DNA from: Chiloscyllium plagiosum
Lineage: Eukaryota
Assembly: GCF_004010195.1 (NCBI RefSeq)
Contig: NC_057720.1
Span: 4,186,651 to 4,250,650, forward strand
Direction: 5' to 3'
Length of the DNA stretch: 64,000 nucleotides
Within the stretch, counting starts at the first letter, position 1; every line of letters begins with the position of its first letter. The translations under genes and the position numbers were made by a program. Positions 13,055-27,387 of the stretch are shown in pieces. The notes beneath the pieces are model-generated. The model was not told the origin of the DNA. It was given only the letters and a program-made list of their open reading frames with translations, and did no database searches.

Positions 13055-14593
13055 CCCTCAGGAACTTATGTGTTTCAATTAAGTCACTTCAGATTTGCTT
13101 AAACTCTAGAGGCTACAGGCCTAACCTGCCTAGCCTTTCCTCATCAGGTAATCCATTCACTTCATTTCATTCATTTGCCTTATAACCAAGTGGACATATG
13201 TCTTTCTCTCCCATGTCCACTTTTCCAGAAACTAGAAATCATTCAAAATTCCACCACCTTGACTCAAAATATACCGTTCACCCATATTCACTGACATATA
13301 TTGGCACCAAGACTTATAACACCTCAATTTTAAAATTCCCACCCTTGTTTTCTGCCAAGATGTCACTCCCTCATTATCTCCGCCCTCTTTTGTCATGTAG
13401 AATAAATTGTTGTTCCTTTTGAGATTTGGTATTCTTGTAATTCTGCCCTGATATGTGCAACTAGGGAATCTTTGACAGCATGCCACTCTTTCTCAGTAAT
13501 TGTTGTTGTCAATGATTGGTTCTTTACAACCACGAAACTCTACAACCTTCTGCGATTTCTACATTCTTCCAATTCTGGGGTTTTGCGGATCCTGGTTTGA
13601 ATTCTTCCTTTCACAATCATGTCTTCAACTTCCTGACCATAAGCTCTGGAACTCCACCACCACCCCCAGCCCAATTCCCCACGCCACCTCACATTCCCCA
13701 CCCCCATCCCCTCACTGCATTTCCCAAAAGCTCTCTACTACCTCCTTTAGAAACAGAAAATAAGAGCAGGAGTAGGCCATTCAGCCCTTTGAGTCGGCTC
13801 CACCCTTCAATGTGATCAGGACTGATTATCCCATTCAGTCCCCTGTTTCTGATTTCTCCTCATGTCATTTGACTCTTTTAGCCCAAACAACTATACTTAA
13901 ATCTTTTTATTTCCTTTAGGTGAATCCTCAAAACCACATTTATCCAAGATCGAGTCTAGTATTTGCTTATAGGCTCAATGTCAAGGTTTCTTCTTAATAA
14001 TGACACCTAAGATTCTTAACTATGTTAAAGATGCTCCTTAAATGTAACTTATTGGGTTACCTAGAGTTTGAGGAGGATTCATGTTTGTGCTTTTGCTGAT
14101 GGTGCAAAAATAGTTGGGAAGGCAAGTAATGAGGATGACACAAAGAGTCTATGGAGAATATAAGCTAGTCAGGTAAATGCCCAAATAACTTGGCAAATGG
14201 AATGTAATTTTTGATATTGTAAGCTTACGCACTTTGGGAGGAAGAGGAGAGGTGCTGAATATTGTTTAAATAGAGAAAGATTGCAAAAAGCTGCAACAAA
14301 AATGGATTTGTGTGTCCTAGTGCACGAATCAGAAAAAAAACAAGTGTTCAAGATCAGCAGATCACAGGAAAGGCAAATGGAATGTTGGCCTTTATTTAAA
14401 AATAAATTGCATTTAGAAATAGGGAGGTCCTGTTCAAACTCTAGAAGGCACTGGTCAGAGAATACTGTGAATAGTTTTGGGCTCCTTATCTAAGGAAAAA
14501 TATATTTCATTGGAAAGAAGTCTAGGGAAGGAAATTGCCATCTTTACTGAAACAATTAAAACTAATGGTACATCAGGCCAGGTCTTACTCAAG

Positions 14594-14802
14594 AAGAAAA
14601 TGAAGACTGCAGATACTGGAGATCAGAGTCGAGAGTGTGGTGCTGGAAAAGCACAGCAGGTCAGGCAGCATCGAGGAGCAGGAGAATCAACAGTTTAGGC
14701 ATAAACCCTTCATCAGGAAAGAGGCTAGGCTTACGCTCAACACATCAATTCTCCTGCTCCTTGGATGTTGCCTGACCTGTTGTGCTTTTCCAGCACCACA
14801 TT
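14594..14802. mobile_element. Fold-back PLE-derived element
   Basis: Inverted arms; direct flanks caggtcttactcaag (14579) and caggtcttattctag (14803). Confidence 0.8.
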
Positions 14803-15139
14803 CAGGTCTTATTCTAGTATTATCATCAATTGGAGTCAAAACCAGAGATAGATGGCAATTTTGTAATATTGTACTTCCTTCGATAAGGGATCGAAAGTAC
14901 AGTAACAACTGGATATTTAAGCAATCAATGAGGAAGTAGATACACAGAAACTTTGTGAAAAATGGGATGTGTACAACTCGTTCAGGACTTTGCCAATTAC
15001 TACATTAAAATGCTAAATGTAAATGAAGATTTCAATTCTCCCACACCCTTCGCCTATACTTATCTGTGAATTATTGGCACCACATCAAATTAATTAGTGA
15101 TTTATTTTAATTTGCATTTTGTGAAATATTTTTTGTGTT

Positions 15140-18100
15140 TAACTTGTATGTTAAAGCACAAAACGGCAGAGACTTCAAAAACATGCCAATACCGTGAGCG
15201 CCAACAGAGCACAGGAGCTGGGAAGTGAGCTAAGTGTGAGAGTTTAGGCAAGTGCGGGAGGGAGGCATTAGTTTGTCTTGTTCCGGCCACTTTTGCAAGA
15301 GGCTGCCTTGTGGTCGAGGTGCTACTGGTTAGATCTGAAAGTGGGCCTATGTGATTACTGGCTTTGTTGATAAGGGCAAGCAGTAACAAGGTAAGAGTAC
15401 GCTAATACTATTTTCTTTGCCTTAATTCCACTTGTTGTTAAAGGGACAGAGAATGGCAGTCAATGGAGTGGTGTGCTCCTCCAGTCCAGATGTAGGAGAT
15501 CAGGGAGCAGTCCACTGTCCCTGGTGACTATGTCTCTGCAGGAAGTGTGTCTGGCTGCAGCTTCTCTCAGACCTCATGAATCGGTTGGAGTGATGGTTGG
15601 ATGCACTGATTCGACCGCATTTAGAATACTGTGTACTGTTCTGGTCGCCACATTACCAAAAGGATGTGGACACTTTGGAGAGGGTGCAGAGAAGGTTTAT
15701 GAGGATGTTGCCTGGTATGGAAGGTGCTAGCTATGAAGAGACATTGAGTTAGGTTTGTTTTCATTAGAAAAAAGGAGATTGAGGGAGGACCTGATTGAGG
15801 TCGACAAAATCATGAAGGGTATAGACAGGGTGGATAGAAATAAGATTTTTCGCAGGGTGAAGAATTGAATAATGAGAGATCATGCTTTCAAGGAATGCGA
15901 AAAGTTTAAGGGGGATATCCGCAGCAAGTACTTTACACAGAGGGTGGTGGGTGCCTGGAACACATTGCTAGCAGAGGTGGTAGAGGCAGGCACGGGAGAT
16001 CCATTTAAGATGTGTCTGGACAGATGCATATGGACAGGTGGGGAGCAGAGGGATACAGATGCTTAGGAATTGGGCGATAGGTTTAGACAGTGAATTTGGA
16101 TCGGCTCAGGTTTGGAGGGCCAAAGGGCCTGTTCCTGGGTTGTAAATTTTCTTTGTTCTTTGTTCGTACAGGAGGTAGAGAGTGGCTGATGGATTGTACT
16201 TCAGGGAGATGGTCACACTGCAGCAGTTCAGGAGTCTCCTGTTTTGGATACAGTTGTGGGGAATAACCTCTCTGGAGAAAATAGCAACAGCAGTCAGGTC
16301 TGTAACACAATGACTGGCTCTGCTGTAGAAGAGTGTGCAGCAAAGTCCAAGCGAGCAATTGTAATAGTCAGGAACACACAGGCATTTCCGCAGCTGTGAG
16401 TAAGATTCCAGGACGGTGTGTTGCTTCCCTGATGCCAGGACCAAGGATATCTCTGTGTGGTTGCAGCAAATTCTGAAAGGGGAGCGTGAGCAGCCGGAGG
16501 TCATTGTACACTTGGTACCAACAACTTTGGGAGGGAAAGGGATGAGGTTGTGTGGAGGGAATATAGGGAGTTAGGCAGGAGGCTAAAAAGCAGAACTTCA
16601 AGGGTAATAGTCTCTGGATGACACAACAACATAAGAATCAGGAGCAGGAGTAGGCCGTCAGGCCCATCAATCCTGCTCGGCCATTCAATAAGGTCATGGC
16701 TGATCTTTCCATGGCCTCAGATCCATTTACCTGCCCTCTCACCATAACTCTTAATTCCCTTACAGTTGGAAAAATATCTATCTTAGCTTTAAAAACATTG
16801 ATGGGGGATGCTGCAAGTACTCCACTGTACAGGGATTTCCACAGATTCACAACCCTCTGGGTGAAGAAGTTACTCATCAATTCAGCCCTAAAGCTGCTCC
16901 CTCTAATTTTGAGGCTATACCATCTTGTCCTAGTTTCACCCACCAGTGGAAATCATCGTCTCTAGCTCTATCTTATCAATTCCTTTCATCATTGTATATA
17001 TTTCTATTAGATCCCCCCTCCCCCATTCTTCTAAATTCCAGCGAAAATAATCCCAGTCTACTCAGTATCTCCTCATAAGCCAACCCGCTCAACTCCAGAA
17101 TCAACCAGTGAATCTCCTGTGCACCCCCTCCAGTGCCAGTACATCCTTTCTTAAGTAAAGAGGCCAAATCTGCATGCAGAACACAAGCTATCTTGTACAG
17201 CTGTAACATAATCTCTTTGCTTTTAATCTCAATCCCTTTAGCAATGAAGGACAAAATTCCATTGGCCTTCCTAATTACCTGTTGTACCTGCAGACCAACC
17301 TTCTGTGATTCATGCACAAGGACACCCAGGTCCCTCTGCACAGCAGCATGCTGCAATTCTTTTTATCATTCAAGTAATAATCCTTTTTACTGTTATTCCG
17401 ACCAAAATGGATGACTTCACATTTACTAACGTTGTACTCCATCTGCCAGACCTTTGCCCATTCACTTAAACTATCTATGTCTCTTTGCAAAGTTTCACAG
17501 TCCTCTGCACACTTTGCATTACCACGCATCTTAGTGTCATCTGCAAACTTTGACACATGCACGTGGCCCCCAACTCCAAATCATCTATGTAAATCAACAT
17601 TAATCCCTGAGGCACACCACTGGTCACTGATTGCCAACCAGAACAGCACTCATTTATCCCCACTCTTTACTTCCAGTGTCCAATCCTCTATCCATGCTAA
17701 TGCATTGCTAATACATAGATTACTCTCGATGCCTCATGCTAGTGAGAATATAAATAGGAGGATAAGGCAGACTTTTGTGTGGCTGAGGAGCTGGGGGATG
17801 GATTCAGATTTTTGGATCATTGGAATCTCTTCTGGGGCAGAAGAGGGACGAGTTGCATCTGAACTGGAGCGATGGACATGAACTTTATGAACTTCAGTGA
17901 GGCATTTGATAAGGTTCCTCATGGTAGACTGTTTAGCTATGTTAGACCTCTTCGGGAGAACTAGCTATTTGGATACAGAACTGACTCAAAGATAGAAGAC
18001 AGAGGGTGGTGGTGGAGGGTTGCTTTTCAGACTGGAGGCCTGTGACCAGTGGAGTGCCACAAGGATCGATACCGGGTCCACTACTTTTCATCATTTATAC

Positions 18101-21100
18101 AAATGGTTTGGATGTGAACATAGGAGGTACAGTTAGTAAGTTTGCAGATGACACCAAAATCGGAGGTGTAGTGGACAGCAAAGAAGGTTACGGATCTTGA
18201 TCAGCTGGGCCAATGGGCTGAGGAGTTTAATTTCGATAAATATGAGGAGCTGCATTTCGTAAAGGCAAATCTTAGCAGGACTTATACACTTAATGGTAAG
18301 GTCCTAGGCAGTGTTACTGAACAAAGAGACCTTGGAGTGCAGGTTCATTGCTCCTTGAAAGTAGAGTCACAGTCGATAGGATAGTGAAGAAGGCATTTGG
18401 TAAGCTTTCCTTTATTGGTCAGAGTATTGAATACAGGAGTTGGGAGGTCATGTTGTGGCTGGACAGGACATTGGTTAGGCCACTTTTGGAATATTGTGTG
18501 CAATTCTGGTCTTCCTCTTAACGAAAGGATGTTGTGAAACTTGAAAGGGTTCAGAAAAGATTTACAAGGATGTTTCCAGAGTTGGTGGGTTTGAGCTACA
18601 AGGAGAAGCTGAATAGGCTGGGGCTGTTTTCCCTGGAGTGTCGGAAGCTGAGGGGTCACCTTATAGAGGTTTATAAAATCATGAGGGGCATGGTTAGGAT
18701 AAATAGACAAAGTCTTTTCCCTGGGTTGGGGAGTCCAGACTAGAGGGCATAAGTTTAGCATGAGAGGTGAAAGATTTAAAAGGGACCTAAGGGGCAACTT
18801 TTTCACACAGAGGGTGGTACGTGTATGGAATGAGCCGCCAGAGGAAGTGGCGGAGGCTGGTACAATTGCAACATTTAAAAGGCATCTGGTTGTGTATATG
18901 AATAGGGAGTGTTTAGAGGGATATGGGCCAAGGGTTGGCAAATGGGACTAGATTAACGCAGAATATTTGGTCGGCCTGGATGATTTGGACCGAAGGGTCT
19001 GTTTCCATGCAGTATGTCTCTATAACTCTATGAATCAATACTATGGCAGGGAGATTTGCTCGACCTGCTCGGGAGGGTTTAAACCTGTATTGAGGAGGTG
19101 TGGGGGGATCCTAAGCAGCATTGAGACAAGAGAGAAGGTTGAGGCCGGTACAGAAGTTAAAGAGAGCAAGTTGAATAGACAAGCGAGCAAGAGTATGGTT
19201 GGTAACGGGGAAAGACTGATGAATCAAACTGACAGGTAAGGCAGATGGGCTCAGGGCATGGTTGGGAACATGGGACTGGGATATCATAGCAATTACAGAA
19301 ACATGGTTGAGGGAGGGACAGGACTGGTATCTCAATGTTCCGGTGTACTGATGCTACAGAAAAGATAGAAAGGGTGGCAAGAGAGAAGGGGAATGGCATT
19401 TTTGTTTAGGGAAAACTGTCAGCAGTACTTTGAGAGGAGGTTCCTGGGGGATTGTCCAGTGGAAGTTGTTTGAGTGGAACTGAGAAATAAGAAGGAGGTA
19501 ATTAATCACTTTGATGGGATTGTACTATAGGCAGCTTCCCCCACCCCCTTCTCCTCTACCCCCCCCACCCTCTTCCTCCTCCACCTCCCCCTTCCATCCC
19601 CCACCCCTTTCCCCCCTCCCCCACCCCAGTAGTCAGCAGGAAAATGAGGGACAAATACGTAGAGAGATTGGAGATAGCTGTTAGAATAATAGGTTTATAA
19701 TAGTTGGGGGCTTTAACTTTCTAAGCATAGACGAGGGCTGCCATTGTGCTAAGTGCTTGGAATGTGAGGAATTTGTTAAGTGTATTTAAGAAAATTTTCT
19801 CAATCAGTATGTAGATGGCCCGACTGGAGAAGGGGCAAAACCTGATTTCCCCTGAGGAAACAAAGCAGGACAAGTGACTGAGGTGTTAGTGGGGGAGCAC
19901 TTTGGGATCACTGACCATAATTCTATTAGTTTTAAAATAGTTATGGAGAAGGATAGGCCTGATCCACAAGATTAAGTTCTAAATTAGAGTAAGCCCAATT
20001 TTGATGGTATTAGACAGGAACTTTCAACAGTTGATTGCGGGACGGTGTTCACTGGTAAAGGGACATCTGGGAAGTGGGAGGTTTTCAAAAACGAGACGAG
20101 AGTTCAGGAACAACATGTTCCTGGTAGTGTGAAGGATAAGGCTGGCAGGAGTAGGGAACACTGGATGACGAGAGATGTTGAGGCTTTGGTCAAGAAAAAG
20201 AGGGAGGCATATGTCAGGTATAGACAGCTGGGATTGAGTGAATCACTTGAGGAGTATAGGAGGTGCAGGAGTAAACTTAAAAAGAAAACCAGGAGGGTTT
20301 AGAAGAGTATAAAGGCAGTCGGAGTATACTTAAAGGGAAATCAGGAGGGCAAAACGGGGACATGAGATAGCTTTGGCAAATAGAATTAAGGAGAATCCAA
20401 AGGATTTTTACAAATATATTAAGGACAAAAGGGTAACTAGGGAGAGAATGGGGCCCCTCAAAGATCAGCAAGGCGGTCTTTGTGTGGAGCCACAGAAAAT
20501 GGGGGAGATACTAAATGAGTATTTTGCATCAGTATTTACTGTGGAAAAGGACATGGAAGATATAGACTGTAGGAAAATAGATGGTGACATCTTGCAAAAT
20601 GTCCAGATTACAGAGGAGGAAGACTGGAGATTGGCAAACGTGGTGCCACTGTTTAAGAAGGGCAGTAAAGACAAGCCAGGGGACTATAGACTGGTGAGCC
20701 TGACCTCGGTGGTGGGCAAATTGTTGGAGGCAATCCTGTGGACAAGATGTACATGTATTTGGAAAGGTAAGGACTGATTAGGGATAGTCAACATGGCTTT
20801 GTTCATGGGAAATCACGTCTCACAAACTTGATTGAGTTTTTTGAAGAAGTAACAAAGAAGATTGATGAGCGCAGAGCAGTAGATGTGATCTATATGGACT
20901 TCAGTAAGGCATTCGACAAGGTTCCCCATGGGAGACTGATTAGCAAGGTTAGAACTCATGGAATACAGGGAGAACTGGCCATTTGGATACAGAACTGGCT
21001 CAAAGGTAGAAGAAGACAGAGGGTGGTTGTGGAAGGTTGTTTTTTAGACTGGAGGTCTGTGACCAGTGGAGTGCCACAAGGATCATTTACATAACTGATT

Positions 21101-22190
21101 TGGATACGAGCATAAGAGGTACAGTTAGAAAATTTACAGATGACACCAAAATTGGAGGTGTAGTGGACAGCAAAGAGGGTTACCTCAGATTACAACACGA
21201 TCTTGACCAGATGGATTCCTGAAAAAGGGCTTATGCCTGAAACGTCGATTCTCCTGTTCCTTGGATGCTGCCTGACCTGCTGCACTTTTCTAGTAACACA
21301 TTTTTCAGCTCTGATCTCCAGCATCTGCAGTCCTCACTTTCTCCCAGATGGGCCAATGGGCTGAGATGTGGCAGATGGAGTTTAATTCAGATAACTGCGA
21401 GGTGTTGCATTTTGGGAAAGCAAATTTTAACAGGACTTATACACTTAATGGTAAGGTACTCGGGAGTGTAGCTGAACAGAGATCTTGGAGTGCAGGTTCA
21501 CAGCTCCTTGAAAGTGGAGTCGCAGGTAGATAGGATAGTGAAGAATGCGTTTGGTATGCTTTCCTTTATTGGTCAGAGTATTGAGTACAGGAGTTGGGAG
21601 GTCATGTTGCGGCTGTTCAGGACATTGATTAGGCTACTGTTGGAATATTGCGTGCAATTCTGGTCTCCTTCCTATCGGAAAGATGTTGTGAAACTTGAAA
21701 GGGATCAGAAAAGATTAACAAGGATGTTGGCAGGGTTAGAGGATTTGAGCTACAGGGAGAGGCTGAACAGCCTGGGGCTGTTTTCCTTGGAGTGTTGGAG
21801 GGGTGACCTTATAGAAGTTTACAAAATTATGAGGGGCATGGTTAGGGTAAATAGAAAAAGTCTTTTCCCAGGGGTGGGGGAGTCCAGAACTGGAGGGCAT
21901 AGGTTTAGGGTAAGAGGGGAAAGATATAAAAGAGACCTAAGGGGCAACTTTTTCTCACAGAGGGTGGTGCGTGTATGGAATGAGCTGCCAGAGGAAGTGG
22001 TGGAGGTTGATACAATTGCAACATTGAAAAGGCATTTGGATGGGTATATGAATAGGAAGGGTTTGGAGGGATATGGGCTGGGTGCTGGCAGGTGGGACGA
22101 GATTGGGTTGGGATGTCTGGTCGGCATGGACGTGTTCGACCGAAGGGTCTGTTTCCATGCTGTACATCTCTATTACTCTGTGACTCTAAT
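15140..22190 (+). mobile_element. Nested CR1 LINE cluster: an old ORF1/ORF2 element with younger CR1 inserts at about 15610-16165 (+), 16625-17700 (-), 17870-19030 (+) and 20280-22190 (+)
   Basis: The ORF1-like Cys motif and esterase-like segments resume across the inserts; RT motifs YMDFSKAFDKVPH, VPQGS and FADDTK; ORF 21490-22218 is the ORF2 C-terminus. Confidence 0.85.
21215..21343 (+). mobile_element. Short PLE-terminal-repeat element inserted into the CR1 RT
   Basis: Splits the CR1 at LDQ|MGQWAE; 8-bp TSD ccagatgg (21207, 21344); mutated hammerhead core. Confidence 0.85.
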
Positions 22191-22311
22191 TAACTTTGAT
22201 TTCAAAACATTTATCTGAAAATGTCATGCAGCATTGTACACAATGAGCCTCCTCATTCAGAACTTCCATCCGTGGGAATTATGTTAAACTGGAAATGATG
22301 AGCATGGCTTA

Positions 22312-22455
22312 TTGTGGAGATGCTGGTGTTGGACTAGGGTGGACAAAGTTAAAAATCACACAACACCAGGTTAGAGTCCAACAGGTTTATTTTGGAAGCA
22401 CTAGCTTCCAGAGTGCCACTGCTAGACTATAACCTGGTGTTGTGTGATCTTTAAC
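22312..22455. mobile_element. Fold-back element of a third family
   Basis: Inverted arms atcacacaacaccaggttagagtc / gactataacctggtgttgtgtgat; relatives at 41465-41530 and 50780-50872. Confidence 0.65.
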
Positions 22456-22987
22456 CTTATTCAAATCTAATCACACTTCCTGGATTTGAAGGTTTTTTAA
22501 TGTTCCCCCTGAACGAAGCTTTAGTTTTTGTTGGGTTTAACATGAGCAATTATTTGACCAGCCTCCAATCTCAAATGACGGCTGTAAGGAGGTTTATATC
22601 GACCTCATTGCAGGGTCTTTATTCTTTGCTCATCCTGAAATTGTTGCTTTGTTGTAAAACCCTTTGATGTTTTATCCTTTGCAATCTCTGTTGTCAAGGG
22701 GACCTATTGCTTTGTGAATACTGCTTAATTTCCTTCTTTTTCACTCCCTGCAGCTGTGATCAAAGGCCTGTTATTCAAAAGCCTTATTTTAACCTAATGG
22801 CCCTTTCAGCATTTTGTATCATTAATGCCAACTGGGGTTATTTATTTGCGAATTTATTCATGCCTGTCCTTACGGAACACAATGCATTCAGCTCTGAAAA
22901 TCTCCGTCTTCAATGTTATCACTGTGATTGTGGTCAACAGATAGCATTGCAGGCACATTGCTTGAACCCATTCAGTCTGCATCAATT

Positions 22988-23880
22988 AGAGTCATTGCCA
23001 TAGAATCACAGAGATGTACAGTGTGGAAACAGACCCTTTGGTCCAACTCATCCACACTGACCAGATATCCTAAACTGATCTCGTCTCATTTGCCAGCATT
23101 TTCCCATATCCATCTAAACCCTTCACATTCATTTTTCCATCCAAATGCCTTTTAAATGTTGCAATTGTACCCACGTCCACCACTTCCTCTGGCAGCTCAT
23201 TCAATACACGTACCACCTTCTGTTTGAAAAGGTTACCCTCAGATCCCTTTTAAATCATTCCCCTCTAACTGTAAATCTATGCCCTCTAGTTTTAGACTCC
23301 ACTATTCTGGGAAAAGGACCTTCGGAGCAGAAAAATCGACATTCCGGGTAGGAGCCCTTCATCAGGGCTCGATTTTCCTGAGCCTCGGATGCTGCCTGAC
23401 CTGCTGTGCATTTCCAGTACTACTCTAATCTTGACTCTAATCTCCAGCATCTGCAGTCCTCACTTTTGCCTAGGAAAAGGACCTTGTCCATTCCCATCAT
23501 GATTTTATAAACCTCTATAAGGTCAGCCCTCAGCCTCTGACACTGCAGGGAAAAAAAGCTCAAGCCTATTCAGCCTCTTCCTATAGCTCAAACCCTCCAA
23601 CGCTGGCAACATCCTTGTAAATCATTTCTGAACTCTACCTGTCTGTATCTGCAGTTTTTCTTTCTTTTGAAACTGTCATCCATCACACCCCCTGTTTCCT
23701 GTAAATTCTTCAATGCCTCTTAGTGTTGCTTCAACCAATCCATGTGACCTAACAGGATTTGCAACCAAAAACTTTTCCTGCAGATGTAATCTCCAGGAAC
23801 ATTGAAATTCTCTCTGATCTCACAGATCTGATAGAAAGACCACATCACTCTATTATAGCCATCTCTGCATCTTAAACAAT
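22988..23880 (-). mobile_element. CR1/HER1 3' fragment plus ORF1-like fragment, with a PLE-derived insert at 23323-23472
   Basis: Reverse complement of the CR1 tail; the insert has a perfect 13-bp TSD ggaaaaggacctt (23310, 23473). Confidence 0.85.
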
Positions 23881-24615
23881 CTACAGACCCAGAATCATCC
23901 AAAAAACAAATACAACTCACTTTCTCAAAAACTCAGTGTTAGCATAATCTTACTGCATGAAAACACTACTGTAGGATAACTTAATACCTAACTTTTATAT
24001 TAAAAATTAAATAAAAATACAGCTCTCAGTAAAACATTAAAAAAACCACACCCTATTCACTTTTAAAGATGTACTAAAAAAGGTATAAGTTTTGTAAGTC
24101 TTAAAATCAAATGCTTAGCTGATCAGGCTCTGAAACCAAGAGTGAGTCACAGAAAGGTTTGTAATTTCACAGTCGGTCAACTGTGAAAGTGCACTGTTTG
24201 TTCCTCTAACCGGTCCATGTGGGCACTCTCCTGAAACGTCACCTCCTACTGTCTCTGTTTCATCCCATTTAAAGTATCATTGTTTTTTATCTTATTTTTA
24301 AAGTTCCAAAAAAAATATAAAACCTACAAAAGCAGCAATGACTGCTCCAAGAAAACGATGAAATTGGCTCCAGCACTTTGAGAAAAAAATCTCAAAGAAA
24401 GAAGCAGTTTGTTGTTTATTTGTTGTGTGGTTATATACTCTTGTAACCTCCAAGGACATGTGATAAGTGCTGGAAAATAGGATGAGGCTAGATAATTTGT
24501 TTCTGAGCTGGCACAGTCCTGATCAGTAGGAGGTCTTCCTTCAATGCTGTTATACTTTGTTTTGCATGTCCTTTACATTCTCAATATCTAAGAGGAGGAT
24601 TGTGTGGAGACATTT

Positions 24616-24657
24616 GTGTGTGTGTGTGTGTGTGGGGGGAGGGGGGGGGGCGGGGGC
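24616..24657. repeat. (GT)n microsatellite followed by a G-rich run
   Basis: Directly visible. Confidence 0.9.
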
Positions 24658-25167
24658 ATTCAAAGGGGCAGAAGAACAATGGGTTGAATGGCCATCATCT
24701 ACTCTACAATACTATGAATTCTACGATTCTATGAAGCCAATACCAATGAAACCTCACATTAAAACAAAGAACTACAAGCACGCAGATCAAACACTACCTG
24801 TAGACCAAGAAAAATATTAACATTTCATATTACAAGCAAGAAACAAGAATGGGCCATTCAGCCCTTCAAGCCTGGTCTGCCATTCAATATGATCATAGCT
24901 GATCCGATTTTTATCTTTTATCTCAACTTTCATCTGATCAACTTTCATCCCCTTGGCCATCAAAAAGCTCTCTACCTTTGCCTTAAAAATATTTATATGT
25001 TTTGCATCCCCTGCCTTTTTAAAAACTTTTTTTTATTCTCTCGGGAAATGTGGGTGTCATTGACTGGGTCCAGCATTTATTGCCCCTCCCTTGTTGCCCC
25101 TTGAGAAGGTGATGGTGAGCTGCCTTCTCGAACTGCTGCGGTTCACATGAGGCTTCATAGCAATTGA

Positions 25168-25339
25168 GGAGAAAGTGAGCACTGCATCTGCTGGAGAGTC
25201 AGAGTCAAGAATGTGGCACTGGAAAAGCCCAGCAGGACAGGCAGCATCCAAGGAACAGGAGAATCGACATTTCAGGCATAAGCCCAAGGGTGCTGCCTGA
25301 CCTGCTGCACTTTTCCAACGCCATGCTTTTCGACTGTTT
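25168..25339. mobile_element. Fold-back PLE-derived element
   Basis: Partial inverted arm; perfect 11-bp TSD atagcaattga (25157, 25340). Confidence 0.8.
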
Positions 25340-25909
25340 ATAGCAATTGATACAACTAAGTGGCTTGTTAGGCCATTTCAGAGCACAGTTGAGAGTCAAC
25401 CATACTGTTGAGTCACATGTTCTGCATTGCAGGTAAGGATGGCCAATTTCCTTCCCTGAAGGATGTTAGTGAACAAGGTGGGGTTTTTTTTCCCTGGCAA
25501 TCGACAATGGCTTCTTGCTCTTTTGTAGATTTTTAATTCCAGATTTTTTTTGTTGAATCCAAATTCCACCATCTGCTGTGGCAGAATTTGAACCCAGGCC
25601 CCTACAATGCTAGCTAAGTTTCTGGATTAATAATCCAGCAATATCATCTTTAATAGGAGGGTAATTCTAAATAGGTTCAACTCTCTAGTTCACCATCTCT
25701 GTCTTAAATGGGTGACCCATTATTTTTAAACAATGACCCTACTTCTGGATTCTCCCTCAAGAGGAATCAACCTTTTCCATGCCCACCCAGTCAAATTCCT
25801 ATAGGATCTTACCAGTTTCAATTCCATCACCTCTGACAATTCTAACCTCCAGAGGATACAGGCCTAGCCTGTCTAGGCTTTCCTCATAAGGCAATCCATT
25901 CATTCCAGA

Positions 25910-26785
25910 GATATTGCTGGGAATGGAGGGTTTGAGATATAAAAATAGACTGGAAAGACTGGGAGTTCAAAACTAGGGGAGCATGTTTTTAAGGTGAGAG
26001 GATAAAGATTTAAAAAGGACATGATGGCAACTTTTTACACAGAGAATGGTTCGTGTGTGGAATGAACTGTCCAGAGAGAGTGGTGGATGCAGGTTAACTT
26101 ACGATGTTTAACAGACATTTGGAAAAATACATGAAAAGGAAAGGTTTGGAGGGATATAGGCCATGTGCAGGCAGGTGGAACTAGTTTAGTTTGGGAACAT
26201 GGACAGCTTAACTAGTTGGGCCAAAGGGTCCAAAAGGTTTGAGGAAAGACATTCTGGCTATTGAGGGAGTGCAGTGTAGGTTCACGAGGTTAATTCCCGG
26301 AATGGCGGGACTATCTTACGCTGAAAGATTGGAGCAACTGGGCTTGTATACATGTGAGTTTAGGAGGCTGAGAGGGGATCTGATTGAGACATATAAGATT
26401 ATTAAAGGATTGGAGGCAGGAAGCATGTTTCCGCTGATGGGTGAGTCCTGAACCAGAGGACACAGTTTAAAAATAAGGGGTAGTCCACTGAGAACAGAGT
26501 TGAGGAGAAACTTCTTCATCCAGAGAGTGGTGGGTGTGTGGAATGCTCTGCCCCAGAAGGCTGTGGAGGCCAAGTCTCTGGATACTTTCAAGAAAGAGTT
26601 GGATAGAGCTCTTAAGGATAGTGGAATCAAGGGTTATGGGGATAAGGCAGGAACAGGATACTGATTGAGGATGATCAGCCATGATCATAATGAATGGTGG
26701 TGCTAGCTCGAAGGGCAGAATGGCCTACTCCTGCACCTATTGTCTATTGTCTATTATCTGTTTCCGTGCTGTATGACTCTATGAA
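25910..26785 (+). mobile_element. Two nested CR1 3' fragments
   Basis: ORF 26239 reads RFTRLIPGM...LRGDLIETYKII; it sits inside another CR1 tail that resumes at about 26757. Confidence 0.85.
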
Positions 26786-27387
26786 CCTTCTCTGAACTTG
26801 TTCCCACCTTGTTCCCAATGCATTAACATCCTTCCGTAGGCACAGTGCCCTGTACTGTAGACAATGAATGATTTCTTGTGAGAAGGGCCAGCACCGTAGG
26901 CTTTGGATAAATATTTGAATGGAGATAGTATGTGGACTTCTGGGGAAAAGGCACTGGGGAAGATAGCTGGTGCAGGCCTGACGGGTTCAATGAGCTGCAT
27001 CTGTGCTATAAGACTTCTGTGATCCTGTTGACTGGTGTGGGACTGGAGTCACACATATCCTAGTGTGAGGTCAGCAGTGTGCCTTTCCCAAAAGGACTTG
27101 ATTTGTATTAGTTGGATTTCCATGACAACACAACAATTGAACCAAAAATGCTGGAAATTACACAATGGATCAGGCAGCATTGTGAGTGGGTATTTTAGTT
27201 TCAATGTGGAGACAAACAGAATATGGAAAGAGACATGAGAACCACTACCAGTGAATCAGAAACCCAGCCAGAACCTATCAGGTTCGAAAGAGATCACCTG
27301 TGATCTGCTAGATTGCTGCTTGAGATAGCAGTGTCCTGCCCCCTTCCCCAAATATTCTGGCCAGTCAGAGGTCAGCTGCTGCTGTGA

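Noticed and set aside
19535..19630. C-rich tract (G-quadruplex potential on the minus strand)
   Set aside because: Low-complexity expansion of a C-run inside a dead CR1 endonuclease region; no sign of function.
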